DNA of 61,742 nt, counting the filler, from Sluysia triapertura (taxonomy: Eukaryota), in the NCBI GenBank assembly GCA_046118255.1. It is 4 parts of 4 records of this genome, joined end to end, with 100 filler letters (N's around TTAATTAATTAA, not from the genome) between each part and the next. Parts side by side here need not be neighbours in the genome. Positions count along the whole stretch, not along the records: positions 36,173 to 47,660 come from JBJNIA010184202.1; positions 47,761 to 61,742 come from JBJNIA010011763.1; 2 more parts are not named here. One strand, written 5' to 3'. Numbering within the stretch: position 1 is the stretch's first letter; the number at the start of each line of letters is the position of its first letter. The notes beneath the pieces are model-generated. The model saw nothing but the letters and a program-made list of their open reading frames with translations. It was not told where the DNA came from and searched no databases. Both the position numbers and the translations under genes were made by a program. This document shows, piece after piece, positions 40,265-54,364 of this stretch.

Positions 40265-42273
40265 TGTGGTGAGCAACCTTTGACTTAAAATTCAAAATAA
40301 TTATCTCATTTACTAACATTTCATATTTTACTTACTCAGATTTATTAAAACATTTTCACATTTCAAAACATTTTAAATTCACAATCTTACAACATCAAAA
40401 CTAATGTACATTTCAAATTTCATTCAAAACAATCTAACTCATAATTTCACAACATTAGAATCACAATTTACATCCTAAATTATCAGAGATACATGATGAA
40501 ATTAATTCAAAACATTTCAAGTCCACAATTCTTCGACACTCAATCTTCAACACCTTAAAGACATTAAATTCATATTTTAAAATCATTTTTAACATTCAAA
40601 CCCAAGTATAATTTTATTTGAATTCATTTTAATTCTCTAAAGGAAAATAATTTTATTTGCGAAAAGAAGTTTTAAGAATCAAAGATAAAATTTATGTATT
40701 TTTTATTTTTATATAATTTTGTTATTTTATTTCTTATTTTATGATTGGTTTTATTTATATTATTATTTAATTTTTATCATTTATATACATTATTATTATT
40801 ATCATCATTTTTATCGTACCACCATTATTATAATTATTATTATTACTATTAACAATATTATAACAAATTAAAATTATTTACATCTGCCATTTGCTGAGAG
40901 CTACATTAAATTTATTTTGTCACTGAGTGCGGCAGTGTGCCTTTTTATGCTGTATCGTCATTTTATTCTATTGCTTCAGCTTCATTGGTCGTCCAATCAT
41001 TCCTATTTCTGAATGTTATTTCTTCCTTATTTGATTGGATGCCCAATCATGATCAATTTTTCTATTCCACGAATTGTTCAAAAATCAGAAGTTAAAAGAA
41101 GGTACAACCAATTAGAACACCAAAAAAGATATAATAAGAATTGTAACTGGCTCTCAAGTATAAAATATTTTGGCATTCAAAATTAATTGTAACGGGACTA
41201 AAGTTAAAAAATTTAAAAACTAGAAAGCTACTCAAAAATAAAGTTAAAGAAAAAAAGAATATTCAGATATTAGTGATAATAAATTATGTGGCGACTAAGT
41301 TCTCTAGAAATAACTAAAAATTCTGATTAACGTCAAAAGTTAATTGAATTTATACGTCTTATTTATATTCGACTAAATTCATCATCATCATCATTGAGTA
41401 ACGTTAAATTAGAATATTTTATAGACCTCTATAATGATAATTCGTTTTCAATTATAGCACCAAACTTTGATCAAATGTATATAAAATCGTATAGATCTTC
41501 AGTTCAATGTTCATAACATTATAGTAAGAAATGACCATCACATCATTCTGGATAACGAAATGACAGATGTAGAGGTAATGTCCCCGTCATCTCAAATGTT
41601 CTGTAAAGTCCAACAAGTATTTATAATGTTAAAAAAATGCTAAATTACCAACCCCAACAAATTAAGAAAATAAAAGCAAACGAAGGAATAAACTTAATCC
41701 AATGATCGATTTCAACAACAAAGGGATATGATTAGTTATACAATTACTATTTCAGCTACGACACTTCTCAAACTAATGAATTTGGAATGTGCGAAGTCTG
41801 GTAAAGCATGCAAATATTATCACAATTTCGAAGAAATGAATCACAGCGGAATTGGAAACACCAATTACAATCAACATATGAATCGGATAAATCTTGAAAC
41901 ATTGAGATTTAAAGAATCAAACAGAAACTTTACAATCGACAAGAGTCAAATAAAAGATCCAATACCTTTGCTAACAATTTATTATCAAAAAATCGTGAAC
42001 TTATTGTACTGGTGGCGTAGTTCAGAAGCTGACCTGATCTTTAAAATAAAAGAACACTTCACAACAGTTTTAATAAATGTCAACTTGCATGTAATCATAA
42101 TAAATTTCTCTTCTTATGTTACAATTTTTGTATTTATAAATAAATTTAGTAAATTAAATCTAATTTATTTAGTTTCAATAATAAAAATAATTTTTCTTAA
42201 TCTTTGTAAAATTTAAGTTGGAAGCAATTTTCAAAACCATAAAAGTAGTGATCATAAAATTAATACCCCTAAA
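40265..42273 (+). mobile_element. Cargo-bearing solo-LTR-like element, copy D (2009 bp)
   Basis: Starts TGTGGTGAGCAACC; perfect 5-bp TSD TGTGT (40260-40264 / 42274-42278); palindromes at 40983 and 41033; 3' AAAACCATAA motif as in copies B and C. Confidence 0.72.
41450..42060 (+). pseudogene. Decayed Unkempt-type CCCH zinc-finger cargo (copy D)
   Basis: TSQTNEFG/ECAKSGKACKYYH (C-x6-C-x3-H, with the N-terminal part in another frame) and upstream YIKSYRSSVQC..HH..RNDRCR. Confidence 0.55.
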
Positions 42274-42394
42274 TGTGTGTGGGGGAAGATTTTAGTTTGG
42301 ATATTCCATTTCGAATATAAAAGTCATAAATTATTAATTAAATCCAAAATAAAATTGCTAAACTGCTTTATTATTATTACTTTTTTCACACAAA

Positions 42395-42907
42395 GTACCC
42401 TTTAAATAACGACCACAGACTGCTCTCATTGAAACATTAAAACCGACTTCATCGATAAAATTATAAAATTTATACGTCTATATAAATTTCAGAAATCTTG
42501 AGCATATTTAGCTCTCCCTTCAATATTCGCTGCATCATTTCTACGTTCAGGTTCTAAGGAAACTCGTTTAAAGCTGAATTCAGTTCCTTTATATATTTTG
42601 GTAGTGTGACATTAGAAACATTCAAGTTATATGACCTAAAAAGTTTCTCCTTTAGAGATTCTAAAGTAATATTACAATCTTCTTCAATTTCGGTTCTGAT
42701 AAAATCGATATGAACTTGGCTCAGCATTTTCTGACCTGGCCAACCTTTCAATCTTTTTTAAAACGACCTTCTTTTTGAAATAGATTAATTATGGAGTAAT
42801 CTGTTGGTAGTTTTATGTCATACAATTATGATATGTCGCGTTTATATATATTTCTGTCAAAAAATGATTCAATTATGTTTTTTCTTATTTCATTGGAAAC
42901 TTTCATT
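42395..42907 (-). mobile_element. IS630/Tc1-family transposase fragment
   Basis: HTH region, IEEDCNITLESLKEKL..VSNVTL, PERRND and FIDEVGFNVSMR (first catalytic D). Confidence 0.8.
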
Positions 42908-43999
42908 TTAAGGATTAATTTCCTTTATTAAAAATAAATGCTAATCTATAGAAATCAAACTTTCTTTTGATTATAAATAATTATCGAACATCATACTTTG
43001 GCAAACAGATGTGAAAAATATCAATTTTTTATTTTATAAAATTAGGGTTTAGAAATTCAAAATTGATGTTTAAAAAATCAAAATGTGGGTAATAAGTAAT
43101 AAGTAATATTTAATAAAACATTAAAATATAATCAAATGCTTGAATTATATGTTCTAATGAAATGTTTGATTCAAAGAAAATATAATAACAAAAAATATGC
43201 TTGAATGTTATATCAAATGCTATAAATGTCTGAGGTGGTCTACAATATAAAATAAAAGATGTTCGGATGTTGAGACTGCTGTAAGATAAATGGTTAATAG
43301 AATGTATTATAGAATGAATAAGAAATTGTATCTATGAATAAAAACACTATAACATTGAATAAAGACATCAATTAAGTAAGTATAAATAATTGTCTAAATG
43401 TGGAATTTGCAAAATTTTAGAACGATGAATCAAATAATTGTGTAATTGAATACGAATACAATGCACAGAGAATGGTAAGCTTAACGTATGAATTTGAAGA
43501 ATAGGATTTTGTTGAAAAGTAATGTTCAATATAGTTTAATGAACGAAAATAAAGTATCTAATGCCCGATTGAGTAAATCGAATAATGTGAAGTATTTTAA
43601 TATTGAAGTATTAAATGTTCAATAAGAAATATTAAAAAATGTTAAAATTAAATTATGAACCAAATTTGATGATAAATATATTGAATAATAGTGAGCCACT
43701 TGATTATAAGATTGTATGAAATATACCGAATGATGAATTTAATAGGCTTATATGAATAATAATTATAAAATAATGATAATTGATATTTTTATATTGTTTC
43801 ATTAGACACAAATAATTTTCATAATAATTGAATTAATTTACTGAAACAAGCATTTTGTTGGTAAAATTATTAACGACAATAGTAACAACAAATAAAACAA
43901 TTTTAAAAGCCATACATTATATAAAATGCTTATTTTATTTAGCCAAATAATTGTAAAATTATAGAAAATGATTTAGGAGTTGTCAGATTAATGAAAATT

Positions 44000-44290
44000 T
44001 GGATCGTTAAAGTATATATAACTACTGAACATCCTTTGGAAATAATTAAGAAGACCTTAAACCAAAATGAATTTTCAATGACTATGTATTAATAATAAGA
44101 TAAGTAATAGGTTATATATAATTTATGCTTAAAAATATACAACCAGTTACCAAACTGTCAAATCAATTGAAGATTATGAAATATTTAGAAAAGTTCTTTA
44201 TATTTCAGAAATATATTTGTTTTTAGTAGATATTAACGGTATATAAATTAATATTATTAATATTTTATTATTATTATTATTTCTATTATT
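44000..44290 (+). mobile_element. L2/CR1-like LINE 3' end (copy 2)
   Basis: ACAACCAGTTACC..GAAGATTATGAAATATTTA core shared with the other copies. Confidence 0.6.
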
Positions 44291-46989
44291 GTTATCACTT
44301 AAAAGCTTTATTAAAGCTTAAAAAGTATAAAGGAACCATAGAAAGAGATATTAACAAAAAAACCAATTCATGAAAATCTTCAATAATTAAAAAATAATCA
44401 GAAAAATCTTAAAAATATCAAATTAAAAGATTTTTATATAACTGTGAGGTAACATTTTATATTCAATGGTTTCATAATTGATATATTTTGTTATTATCTT
44501 ATTACCGTTATTATCTTATTAACTTTGCAGTCAAAATATAATTTAAACATTAGAAGCCATGTTATTATTATTTATTTTTTATTCGGTTTCGAACATTATT
44601 TATTCAACTGTAACATTTAAATTCAAATTGAGTTTGTATTTTATTAACTCAATATGAAGAAGTAACTTATTCTATAAGCATGCGAAAATCCATGATTTTT
44701 TCGAAAAATCATCGATATTAACAAAAATATTCAAATATTTAAATAAAGTTTGAATTTTATAAGTATATAATGCATGTATCTTAAGTAAGGACATATTCAA
44801 ATCATACGCGTTAAATTGTAATTGTATTATCAAATTATGTAAAAATTTTAAAATATAAAAATAATAAACAATAGTTTTTATCAAAAAATTTATTAATGTT
44901 AAATTTTAAAATAAAATATATTAATTGTTTATAAATAAATAAAGGATTATGAATTTGAAAAATAATCTTCATTTTTAATATAATCAAAAAAAGCAATAAA
45001 TCATGAAAAAACATTAGAGTAATAAATGTTTAAATGGCTTTCCAAACAATAATTTAGTATTTATTGTTTTATGTCAAATTATTTAAACTATTATTTATTT
45101 CTATTAAATGTTAAAATATTAACTTTTGACAATGTAAATATGGCATAAAAGTAATACTAAAATAAATCAATGTATTAAAAATTAATATAGGCATTATAAT
45201 AATTTATGGGAATAAGTGAGGTCAATTTTTATACTTCAATCGTTTTAAATAGTTAAATTAATCGTTGAATATTAATAATGATTGATAACGGTAGTGAGTG
45301 AAAGTATATAGCCTGAATCCCCCCATAATTTTTGTAACTATTTAATAAAAATGATTAAATATTCATAACAATGTTAAATTTATTAAAGTATATATAATGT
45401 TTATCATATACATTTAAAAATAAAATAAATGCAAATAATAAAAATTTCTGGGTATACCTATTTACTTGTAATTCTAATTTATTATACCATATTGAATTTC
45501 TCTCATCTGTTTCAGTGTATTAATTAATGTATGTCAAAAAAAGACGGATCAGAAATCAAACTCGAGAACTGTTGCTAGTATAACCTTTTATTTTTAACAT
45601 AGTCAATTAATTTTAAAATTTTAAGCTTATACTTGAACATACCTAAATAAAATAAATAAATCTTACTTTATATAAAAAATCTAAAAATAAAATAATAAAA
45701 ATTCTTTAGATGAAATTTCAATGACGTTTAATTCTTTCGAATCTTAAGTGACAATGAAAAGTTTTCAAGTTATACAAGGTATTTTTCTCTTATTATTATG
45801 AAAATATTAATAGTTTTAAAGGCACTTGATAAAATTATGTAATTCTAGTTTGTTTAAAATGAATATTCCTACATAAATATTATATATTAAGTATTATTAA
45901 TTTACTCTAATAAAACAAAATAAATAATTCCGCCAAAGTTAAAATGGCATTTTATTGCTGCTAAAAGATATATAATACGAAAGTTATTTTTTGCAAAAAA
46001 TTAACAAAAATGGTCCATTTATTGAATTAATGGCAAAAACGTATCAAACAATTTTTTAAAATACTTTTAAATAATTTTCATACATCTAAATTATTCATGA
46101 AAATAATAATAATAATTTAACGTGGATAATTATGAGAAGTTTTAAGTATATTATATTTATTGAACTTATTAAAAATATGAAATTTCTCAATTTCAAATTA
46201 ATGCATAAAATTAAATCGTTTTTTTAATACTTCAATAAAAAAAACTATATAGTATTAGCCTCCTTAGATACACAATTTTTCCAAACTCTAACCGTGGAAA
46301 AACCTTACTTCGTGTTAATTTTTGCTCTAATAGAAATAATTATGAGCTTATAAATGTTCTAAAAATTATTTTACACTAATCTAAAACTTTGTGTATCATA
46401 AGGTATTAAATAACTTCTATTTGTAAAATGTTAAACTTAAAATATTATATAAAGTATTAAATTTGTGTCAAATGAAGATAATCATTTATGTTTTGAGAAT
46501 TTATTAAAGTAATTATATATTTTTTATTTGTATAAGAAAATGCCTGTTGCTGGTTTATGCCATATTTTTCAATCTGGAAAACAAATTGTCAGTAGATGTT
46601 CTGCATATTTATTTTGAAATGGTTAGACACAGATTACTGCTGATGATACGTACTCAGAACCAGGATTCAATCAAGGGCTTACTTAATTTGTATATTATAA
46701 TTTTCGATAAAGATTTTATCATTTATTCTGATGGTATTCTTGATAAAGTTAAAACAAAATTTCCATAAAGTATATCCACAAAATGTTTTCCTTCATTATG
46801 TAGATTGATCTAGTAAAATAATCTAAAACATTATGTATTGTCTAAAAATAAAAACCAAAAAATCTTCGAACATTCTGTTTAAAAGAAATAGCATATTTTA
46901 GAAAAAATTATTCATCCTAAAATGATGTTTCCACTTTTCATTACTGATCTTAAACTCATTAGCACTTTAACATAATTTAGGATAAGTTA

Positions 46990-47454
46990 ACATAATTTTC
47001 GGGAAAAACACCATTTTATAAGTAAATAATTTTAATAACTAGTTACTATTTGTTATAAATAACGAAATTTACTCTTGATGAAACCTCTTCAGATCGAATT
47101 TTCCATAATTTAGACCATACAAAATTGATTCTATATTGATCTTTCCAAGTTAAAGCCTATAATAATGTAAAAATATTACAAATTTAAACTTACAGAACAT
47201 TCTTTTACAAATATATCCATTAGGAAAGCATCAGATTTTTTTATTTGTTTTATATTACCATAAATTTCCGATGATTTGATGAAAAAAATGTATTTAAAAT
47301 CTAGAAAAAATAACTCTTTCCATCGTGTATTATAAACCAAATACGAAACTTGATTCCATGTTTTATTAACCATTGCACAGTGGCATAAATCTTTGGCGTT
47401 CAAGTATTCAAATATATTTAATAATATTACAGGTGGAAAATTAATTTGAATCAT
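46990..47454 (-). CDS. F-box protein, partial (possibly decaying downstream)
   Basis: FPPVILLNIFEYLNAKDLCHCAMVNKTWNQV is an F-box motif. Short GT-AG introns lead to ALTWKDQY..; stops appear further downstream. Confidence 0.7.
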
Positions 47455-47660
47455 GTTATTACTCAATTCATTTTACTAAAAATAGTTTTTATCTAAAAAT
47501 CATATTCTTTGATGGATGGCAATGCTTTATTTGAGACACCAATACATTTAAATTCCAATAAAAATTATATGTAATTTTATATTTTAAAGTAACCAATGAG
47601 GCATTTTCTAATATTGACCTTTAATAAAATAAATTATTAAATTAAAAGAAATTATATATA

Positions 47661-47760
47661 NNNNNNNNNNNNNNNNNNNNNNNNNNNNNNNNNNNNNNNN
47701 NNNNTTAATTAATTAANNNNNNNNNNNNNNNNNNNNNNNNNNNNNNNNNNNNNNNNNNNN
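47661..47760. other. Artificial contig spacer
   Basis: 44N-TTAATTAATTAA-44N. Confidence 0.97.
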
Positions 47761-47930
47761 ACAACCAGTTACCAGATAATGTCAAATTGCTAGAAGATTA
47801 TGAAATATTTAAGAAAAAAGCAAAGTTCTTTCTGTTTTAGAAATATTATGGTGAATGATTTACTTTAAGTGTTTTTGAGTACTTTCGCAGTAGATATGAG
47901 CGCAATGTAAATTAATATATTATTATTATT
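47761..47930 (+). mobile_element. L2/CR1-like LINE 3' end (copy 3)
   Basis: Highly similar to 36190-36355. Confidence 0.7.
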
Positions 47931-49124
47931 ACCTTTATTTTACCCATCAATATATCAATATAAACTTTTTTCGTTAACGTTTATTTTAAAATACTACTTT
48001 TCTTAGTCAAAATTACCTTACAAACAAAAACTTACGTTTAACATGAAAATTTTCTCCAAATGATAATAAAATCCTTGTTAATCCAATTGAATTAAAAAAT
48101 CTAAAATGACGATTTTCATTCAGTTGATGCTTGTTTATAATACTAGTCATCAGCCAATGAGAATCGAGAACATTGTAGAAGCTTCTATTTTATTTTTAGA
48201 AGCAAATTTTCTTTTTTAGAAATTTTATTTTCCTTTTTTGGAAAATAATCATTATTTTTAAGTGATTTTAAAGACTTATAAATAATTTTAAATGCTTGTA
48301 ACATTTTTTGGTATGTTTTATCGTTAATTTCATTTGAACTATTTTTGGAAATATTTATCCACGCATAAAACATTTCATTTCAAAAAACCTTTAATACAAT
48401 ACTTAGATTTCAGAAATAGAAAAATCATAGAACGTTTTAGAAGTGGTAGAACGTTCTGAATAGAGAAATAAAAATATCAATAATAACAACAGTAGATATA
48501 TTATATAAAATGAAGATAGATATATTTAACATGTTCTTGCTTTTGAGCCGGCATCATAAATGTGTGGAGCGTGTCTATCTTATCAGTTTTCGATATGGTG
48601 TTTCTAGAAAATACCGTGTTTGGTGATCCTGCAATCCAAATATACTTTAAAATATTCGTAATATTAGCAAATGTTTAATATTCAAAATCAATAAATGTAT
48701 AAATATTTTAAATTCCTGAATATTTAATAAGTAGTATTTGTCTGATTGTGAAATTTCTTTTAGATTTATTTTTTTAGTTCAAAAAACGAAACAAAACATT
48801 TATTAGAGTGAAGAATTAATATTTTTCTTTGCATATTTAATTTTGCTTTAATATTGATATTTTTAATATTATTATTGATATATATTGATATATTGACTGT
48901 TTTCTATGAATGTATTGGTTTTGGGTTTAGAGTTTTGTGATTGGTTAATATTATTAGATTTATGTGAAACTTCGGGGAACGATAATATTTTAAAATTTAT
49001 ATTAATTTGATGACTACAAACTAAGTGAATCAAGAATTTTATTGTGTAATAAGCACAGTATATTACATTATATGATTCTATGCGACACAATTCACGCTTC
49101 ATAAATTACTCTAAATTTTGTATA

Positions 49125-49800
49125 TAAGCCACATCTTGTTCAAATAAAAAAATAGAAAAATCCAAGAAAATTATGATGCGACTTATACTCGAGTAGTAGT
49201 TGAAAAAAAATAAGAAATAAAACTTTATTCAAAACATTCAAATCTTGAACTTTCGAAGTCCAACTCACATTCATTCAAGATCCCTACTAACTTTTCTCGT
49301 ACATTTTCAATTTCAATTACTTTTATTTGAATGATTCTCAAGCAACTTTTGCCCTACTGATGTTACACTTCTTAATGATTATTGATTTCTCTTCATAAAA
49401 TTGTGGACCCAACAATCACTTCTCTTAAATTTACAATTTTATAGCTTCAAATTTAATAGATAAAACAGAAACTTTTATGCTTTCTTTACGTTGATTTAAA
49501 ACCAAATTTTTTAATTCAGTCTCAAGTTCGAGGCAATATGGATTTTCTTCCTCCTTTTAACACTCAGAACTGACTTATTTGCTCTCCATCTTCTCACATT
49601 AGCTTCATTTATCCCATAATGTCTATCTGCTTCTCTATTTCCATTCATCTATTATTTCCCATTTTTTCTTGGCTGTATATGAGTTTCTTTTAGTCACTAT
49701 TATTAAAACAAAGAGTAAAATAATTTTTTTATTAAAATTGAAATGCGTCTTATCTAAATTAAAAAAAGTCGAAATTATACGTCTTTTACATTACGTACAA
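49125..49800 (-). mobile_element. pogo-like transposon fragment
   Basis: NGNREADRHYGINEANVRRWR (Brinker-like DNA-binding domain) plus CENP-B-like remnant; TGCG.CTTAT subterminal motifs at ~49177 and ~49744. Confidence 0.65.
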
Positions 49801-50029
49801 GATTTTATTTAATGTGAAATTAATTGAAAAATACCATTTTTAGCTAAATGTGTTACTTTGTCACTTTATTTTATTATTAAAGATCTTTTTTCAATAGAAA
49901 TCTTTTTCAGGAAATGAAAACTCTGCAGACGATATTTCTTCTGCGTCCAATGAATCATCAGAATATTCAAAAACTTGACTGCTTGAGTATCTTGCCATTG
50001 CCGAAAATTTAAGAACAAGTATATATTTA

Positions 50030-50420
50030 TAGGGTGTCCCAAAAGTAACCGAACTGCAAACTTAAATACAAATTGGATATCAAAAACGACAAATTTAATA
50101 GGTATATTTAGTATTTACAAATCTTTAAAATGTCCACCTTGAACTTCAATACAAGCACGATATACTTTCTGGCAAGTTTCCTCTGAAATTTGGTTCAATA
50201 TGTGCTGAATACTTTGTTTCAGTTGATCGATTGTCCCATGTTTTTCTTCAACATAGTAATTCTTAATAACGAAGTACTTAGTTTCATTTTTAAGAATGAG
50301 GATCCAGAAGCACATGCTGAACAAAAATCAAGCAATGACATCAGAACAAAATCAGTAAGATCTCGCAGAAGGGAATGAGTACTAACGAAGATAACATAAA
50401 ATGACATAAAAGAAGAAATT
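50030..50420 (-). mobile_element. Tc1/mariner 3' fragment
   Basis: TIR-like TA|TAGGGTGTCCCAAAAGT; transposase C-terminus TIDQLKQSI..RACIEVQGGHFKDL. Confidence 0.7.
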
Positions 50421-50768
50421 ACATTTGTTATTTTTGATATCTAATTTTTATTTAAGTTTGCGGTATGCCTACCGTACTTAAACAGTTAAATATTTTCTGA
50501 TTGATTTTAATATCTTGTACAAAAGTTAACTTAAATAATTAATTATGTTTCATAATTATAATTTATAAGTGATAGTATTGTTTTTGCAATATTATAAATA
50601 TTATATCATAATATATATTATAAAAGAAATGATATAAGACCTATTGATGAGCCTCACAGATGTAGAAATGTATCTATGTAAACATGAAAATTCCATGAAT
50701 TTTTATTCGCCTTTTATTTATAATTTATATATATAAATTATAATTTATATATATAATTCATAATTTAG

Positions 50769-50936
50769 TGTTGTTGTGTTACTGTGTGGGGGCAATATCG
50801 ACACCACTGTGCTGGGTCGTTGTATTGAACGTGGCTTGGCTTTCGATGGAAGACTTTGTCGGTTTTTAGTGGTTATATCTGATCGACCTGGAGGAATAGC
50901 CGAGTTGACTCGTTTATTGGCCGATATTGGAGTGAG
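50769..50936 (+). CDS. Internal exon of L-threonine ammonia-lyase (threonine dehydratase with ACT domain)
   Basis: VVVLLCGGNIDTTVLGRCIERGLAFDGRLCRFLVVISDRPGGIAELTRLLADIGV; AG/GT boundaries, 168 nt, phase 2-2. Confidence 0.85.
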
Positions 50937-51069
50937 GTACGATATTCATTTAGATATAAAAAGACGATATTTTTATATCTATTTATTTTATTTTCTATTT
51001 TTATGCATTATATTTATAGAATAACAATATCTTTTGCGATCTTGGTCCTTTAATGACATTGAATGGATA

Positions 51070-51400
51070 ATAATATATTAATTTATATTGCACTCATATC
51101 TACTGCAAAGTAAGTACTCAAAAGCTCTGAAAATAAATCATTCATCATAATATTTCTGAAACAGAAAGAACTTTGCCTTTTTCTTAAATATTTCATAATC
51201 TTCCAGTAATATTCTATGGTAACTGGTTGTACATTTTTGAAACATAAACAGTAAATAACCTATCACCTAGCTTATTATCACTGTTGATTCTGTATAGATT
51301 ATTATGTCTCAAGGAAATATTCATCTTGGTTTCAAATTTTTTATTATTTCTAAAAGATATTCAGGACCTCCTTAATGTAAGCATTTGTAAAAATATTGTC
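51070..51400 (-). mobile_element. L2/CR1-like LINE 3' end (copy 4)
   Basis: GPEYLLE..GDRLFTVYVSKMYNQLP plus the shared 3'UTR. Confidence 0.7.
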
Positions 51401-51556
51401 ATGATTTTGAATTCTATTTATGCTTTTATTGGCAACCAATGCAATTCTTTAAGATAAAGTGTTACATGAGATCTTCTTAGTTTTTAGTTTTTACTTTCAA
51501 AAAATACCATGAAATTGTGTCGTTATTTTACTATATTATAATATAATTTTATATAT

Positions 51557-51625
51557 AGGTAGCGGTCTAATGATCGGTGATGGTATGAATAGGTATATAT
51601 CAAACCTTGGTACTTTTAGTGTTAA
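51557..51625. mobile_element. Isolated piggyBac terminal fragment
   Basis: GGTATGAATAGGTATA..TAGTG|TTAA, as in 36371-36439. Confidence 0.6.
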
Positions 51626-51758
51626 TATTATGTTACTAATAATATTATCTTAACATCTAATCTCATATAAACTGTAACTTGTTTAATATGAAAAAATCAT
51701 TTAACAAATAAATGGTTTATTGGTCCACTATTACTTATTAGTCTTATTTTATACTTAA

Positions 51759-51973
51759 CACTAAACACATCGTCGGTCTACCTATACCTATTCTTACCAG
51801 CACGGGTCAAATGACCCATGTCTATAAAATTCTATCTTTTATGTTATATATCCAATTATTTCATTTGAAACTATTGTATTTATCTCAAATTAAACTTTTA
51901 TATTTTTTCCTTATCTTGATTTAAAATAAAACAATAGCAAAAAAGTTTATTTTTACACAAAAATTATATTGAA

Positions 51974-52025
<52 letters not shown>

Positions 52026-53345
52026 GTGATTTTTTGCTTTTCCAAATAATAAAAATAAATAGCTCTTTTTACATATAATAAAAATTAAACATATGTAAAC
52101 ATTTCTGATTATTTTTTACAAACAAAAATAAAAGATAAATCAATTTAATGACTTTACACTTATCGTATTTGCGGTAAATAATGAAATATTTAGGTCTTAT
52201 TGGTTTCCATGCATTTTTACAGCTTATAGGATTTTCAGAAGCAATTGTCACATACATATTTACTGCATTTAGAACAGATTGTTGTAATTTTGTTTCCATT
52301 GCAATATTTTATCTGGCACCGCTGTCGTGCAGGTGAAACTAGTGGTATTTTTGCTTTTCTTAGATTTTCTTTTTCCTCTTGGACATCTTTGAAATTTTCT
52401 GCCAGCACTTCAGCTAGTTTGAATAGAAACTTTTGCCTCGAAATGTTTTTACCTGTTGTCTCATTATATAAGACCCATGCATTAATTCATACCAGATCCA
52501 AAATATTGAAGAAAACTTGCAACGGCCATCTTCGTGATTTACATTTTACAGCGTATATTCTTGCTATTTCATCTGACACATCAACACTAAATTTAGAACC
52601 TGATTGTGTCTGGTTTACACTTAATAGTGTCTTCAATTTTGATAGTTTTATGCTTTGAACTAAGCAGCTTTACTTTTGTAAACTGTGAGCGTACAATGTT
52701 CTGATTTTAATAGTTTACTTGAATAAAGGGGCATGTTATCCTTCGCCTGTTTGACAAACTTAGGTAATTCTTTCTTTGTTCGCCTGGATAATCCATGCAA
52801 GAGTAGTTCTTTTCTTCAGCAACTTTGCAGCCAGAGGTAGACTTGTAAAAAAGTTATCTGCGGTAACAGATCTTCCACATCCTGTATATGGTTCAGTTAG
52901 TTTCAGAACAACAAATTCTGACAATGGAACTAAAGACATTCTGTTTTCATCCTTCCGCAGATATGGAAAACCATTTACAATGTATTTGGTCTTTATATCA
53001 GATGCCAACCAGAATTTTATGCCAAACTTATCTTGTTTGTTGGGCATATATTATGTAAGCCTGCATCTTGCTTTAGTAGGAAATAATTGTTCATCAATAG
53101 TAATATGTTCGCCGGGTTTGAAACAATCTTGGCTATTTTGGCTAATCAAGCATAAAAAACGTCGTAAAAACATGACGTCATAGAATTTGTTATTTCGCAT
53201 ACACAGGAATGAGTGTTATACCTGTATGTAATAACATTATTTTATTAACATCTATTACATTTATAAACATGATAAGTACTTATGTTGCATAAAAACATAA
53301 TGAAAACCTCAGGGTCAATTAACCCGTTATGGTAGTTTGTACGAG
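51759..53345 (-). mobile_element. piggyBac transposon relic (transposase remnant ~53150-52200)
   Basis: TIDEQLFPTKARC, YMPNKQDKFGIKFWL, VTADNFFTSLPLA, RRWPLQVFFNILD, Cys-rich tail (CQIKYC..CSKCSKYVCDNC); TTAA|CACTA end at 51755; stops and frameshifts. Confidence 0.92.
51974..52023. repeat. (CA)n(TA)n microsatellite
   Basis: Directly visible. Confidence 0.95.
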
Positions 53346-53979
53346 GTTGCATTTTTTTTCTTATAAAAGCAAAAGTAAAGAAAAGGAATTAATGTTTTTA
53401 AAAAATTCATTGCAAAAAATTAATATAATTGATGGTTTGGTAAAAACAATCATATAATAACCCTTAAATATGGTCTTTACTTTTCGAAACTGCTCAGTAC
53501 AATGTCGACAGTGAACTAAACATCAATAAATATAAAGTATGGAAAAGAAATGAATTTTTATTTATGAAAAAACACCTTCAGTACAATAGTAGAATTTGTA
53601 CCCAGAAATATTAAGTAAAATTTAATGTTTTAACTTGTTTTTAAATCCAACTGTAATATCATTTTAATTTTGTAAGAGTTTCATATTTTTTTCAAAACTG
53701 CAGCTTTTCTTACCTATATTCTGGGATGCTTTCTACGGATTTTACTGATAATTAATTTGACACCATCATGATAACTGAAAATGCAATTCTTTTTTACTCT
53801 GAATATTTTTATAGTTTGGTTGTCAAATACGAATCAAAAGTTTATATAATTAATTTACTAATTTTATTAGAAAATTTACTAATTTTTAAAATTAATTTCC
53901 ACATGTTAGCAACAGTTTAAGTAAATCAAAGTCCATTAAATTTTTTAATTTAATTTAATGCATCATTTATTTTATTCAG

Positions 53980-54310
53980 ATTTAAATACGTTATTAGTTG
54001 TATTATCAAATGGTAAACATTATAAACAGACGAACTTTATCTCATCAGGTAGAAAAATTAAGATTTGTAAGATTCAGCATGTTTGTTTAATAGAATCTGA
54101 GTTTTTGTACTTTTTTATTTTTGTATTTTTAAAAAGAACTTTTGCAATTAAGTGTTCTTTTCTTTATAAATATGTTACTTGATAATTCAAATAAAATTCA
54201 TTGAATTTGCTTTAACAATACTTATTTATTATTGGTAATCATTCACACACCAATATAAATAACAACTAGTACTAGAATTCAAAAATCGAGTTATCTAAAC
54301 AATTAATATT

Positions 54311-54364
<54 letters not shown>

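Noticed and set aside
48030-48640. Minus-strand exon-like pieces
   Set aside because: Could not be joined in phase without stops; no recognisable domain.
50638-50675. Hammerhead-like TTGATGAG..GAAA (also ~31406 and ~61184)
   Set aside because: Core mismatches and no convincing flanking stems.
52245-53183. Plus-strand ORFs of 137 and 135 aa
   Set aside because: Antisense shadows of the piggyBac transposase.
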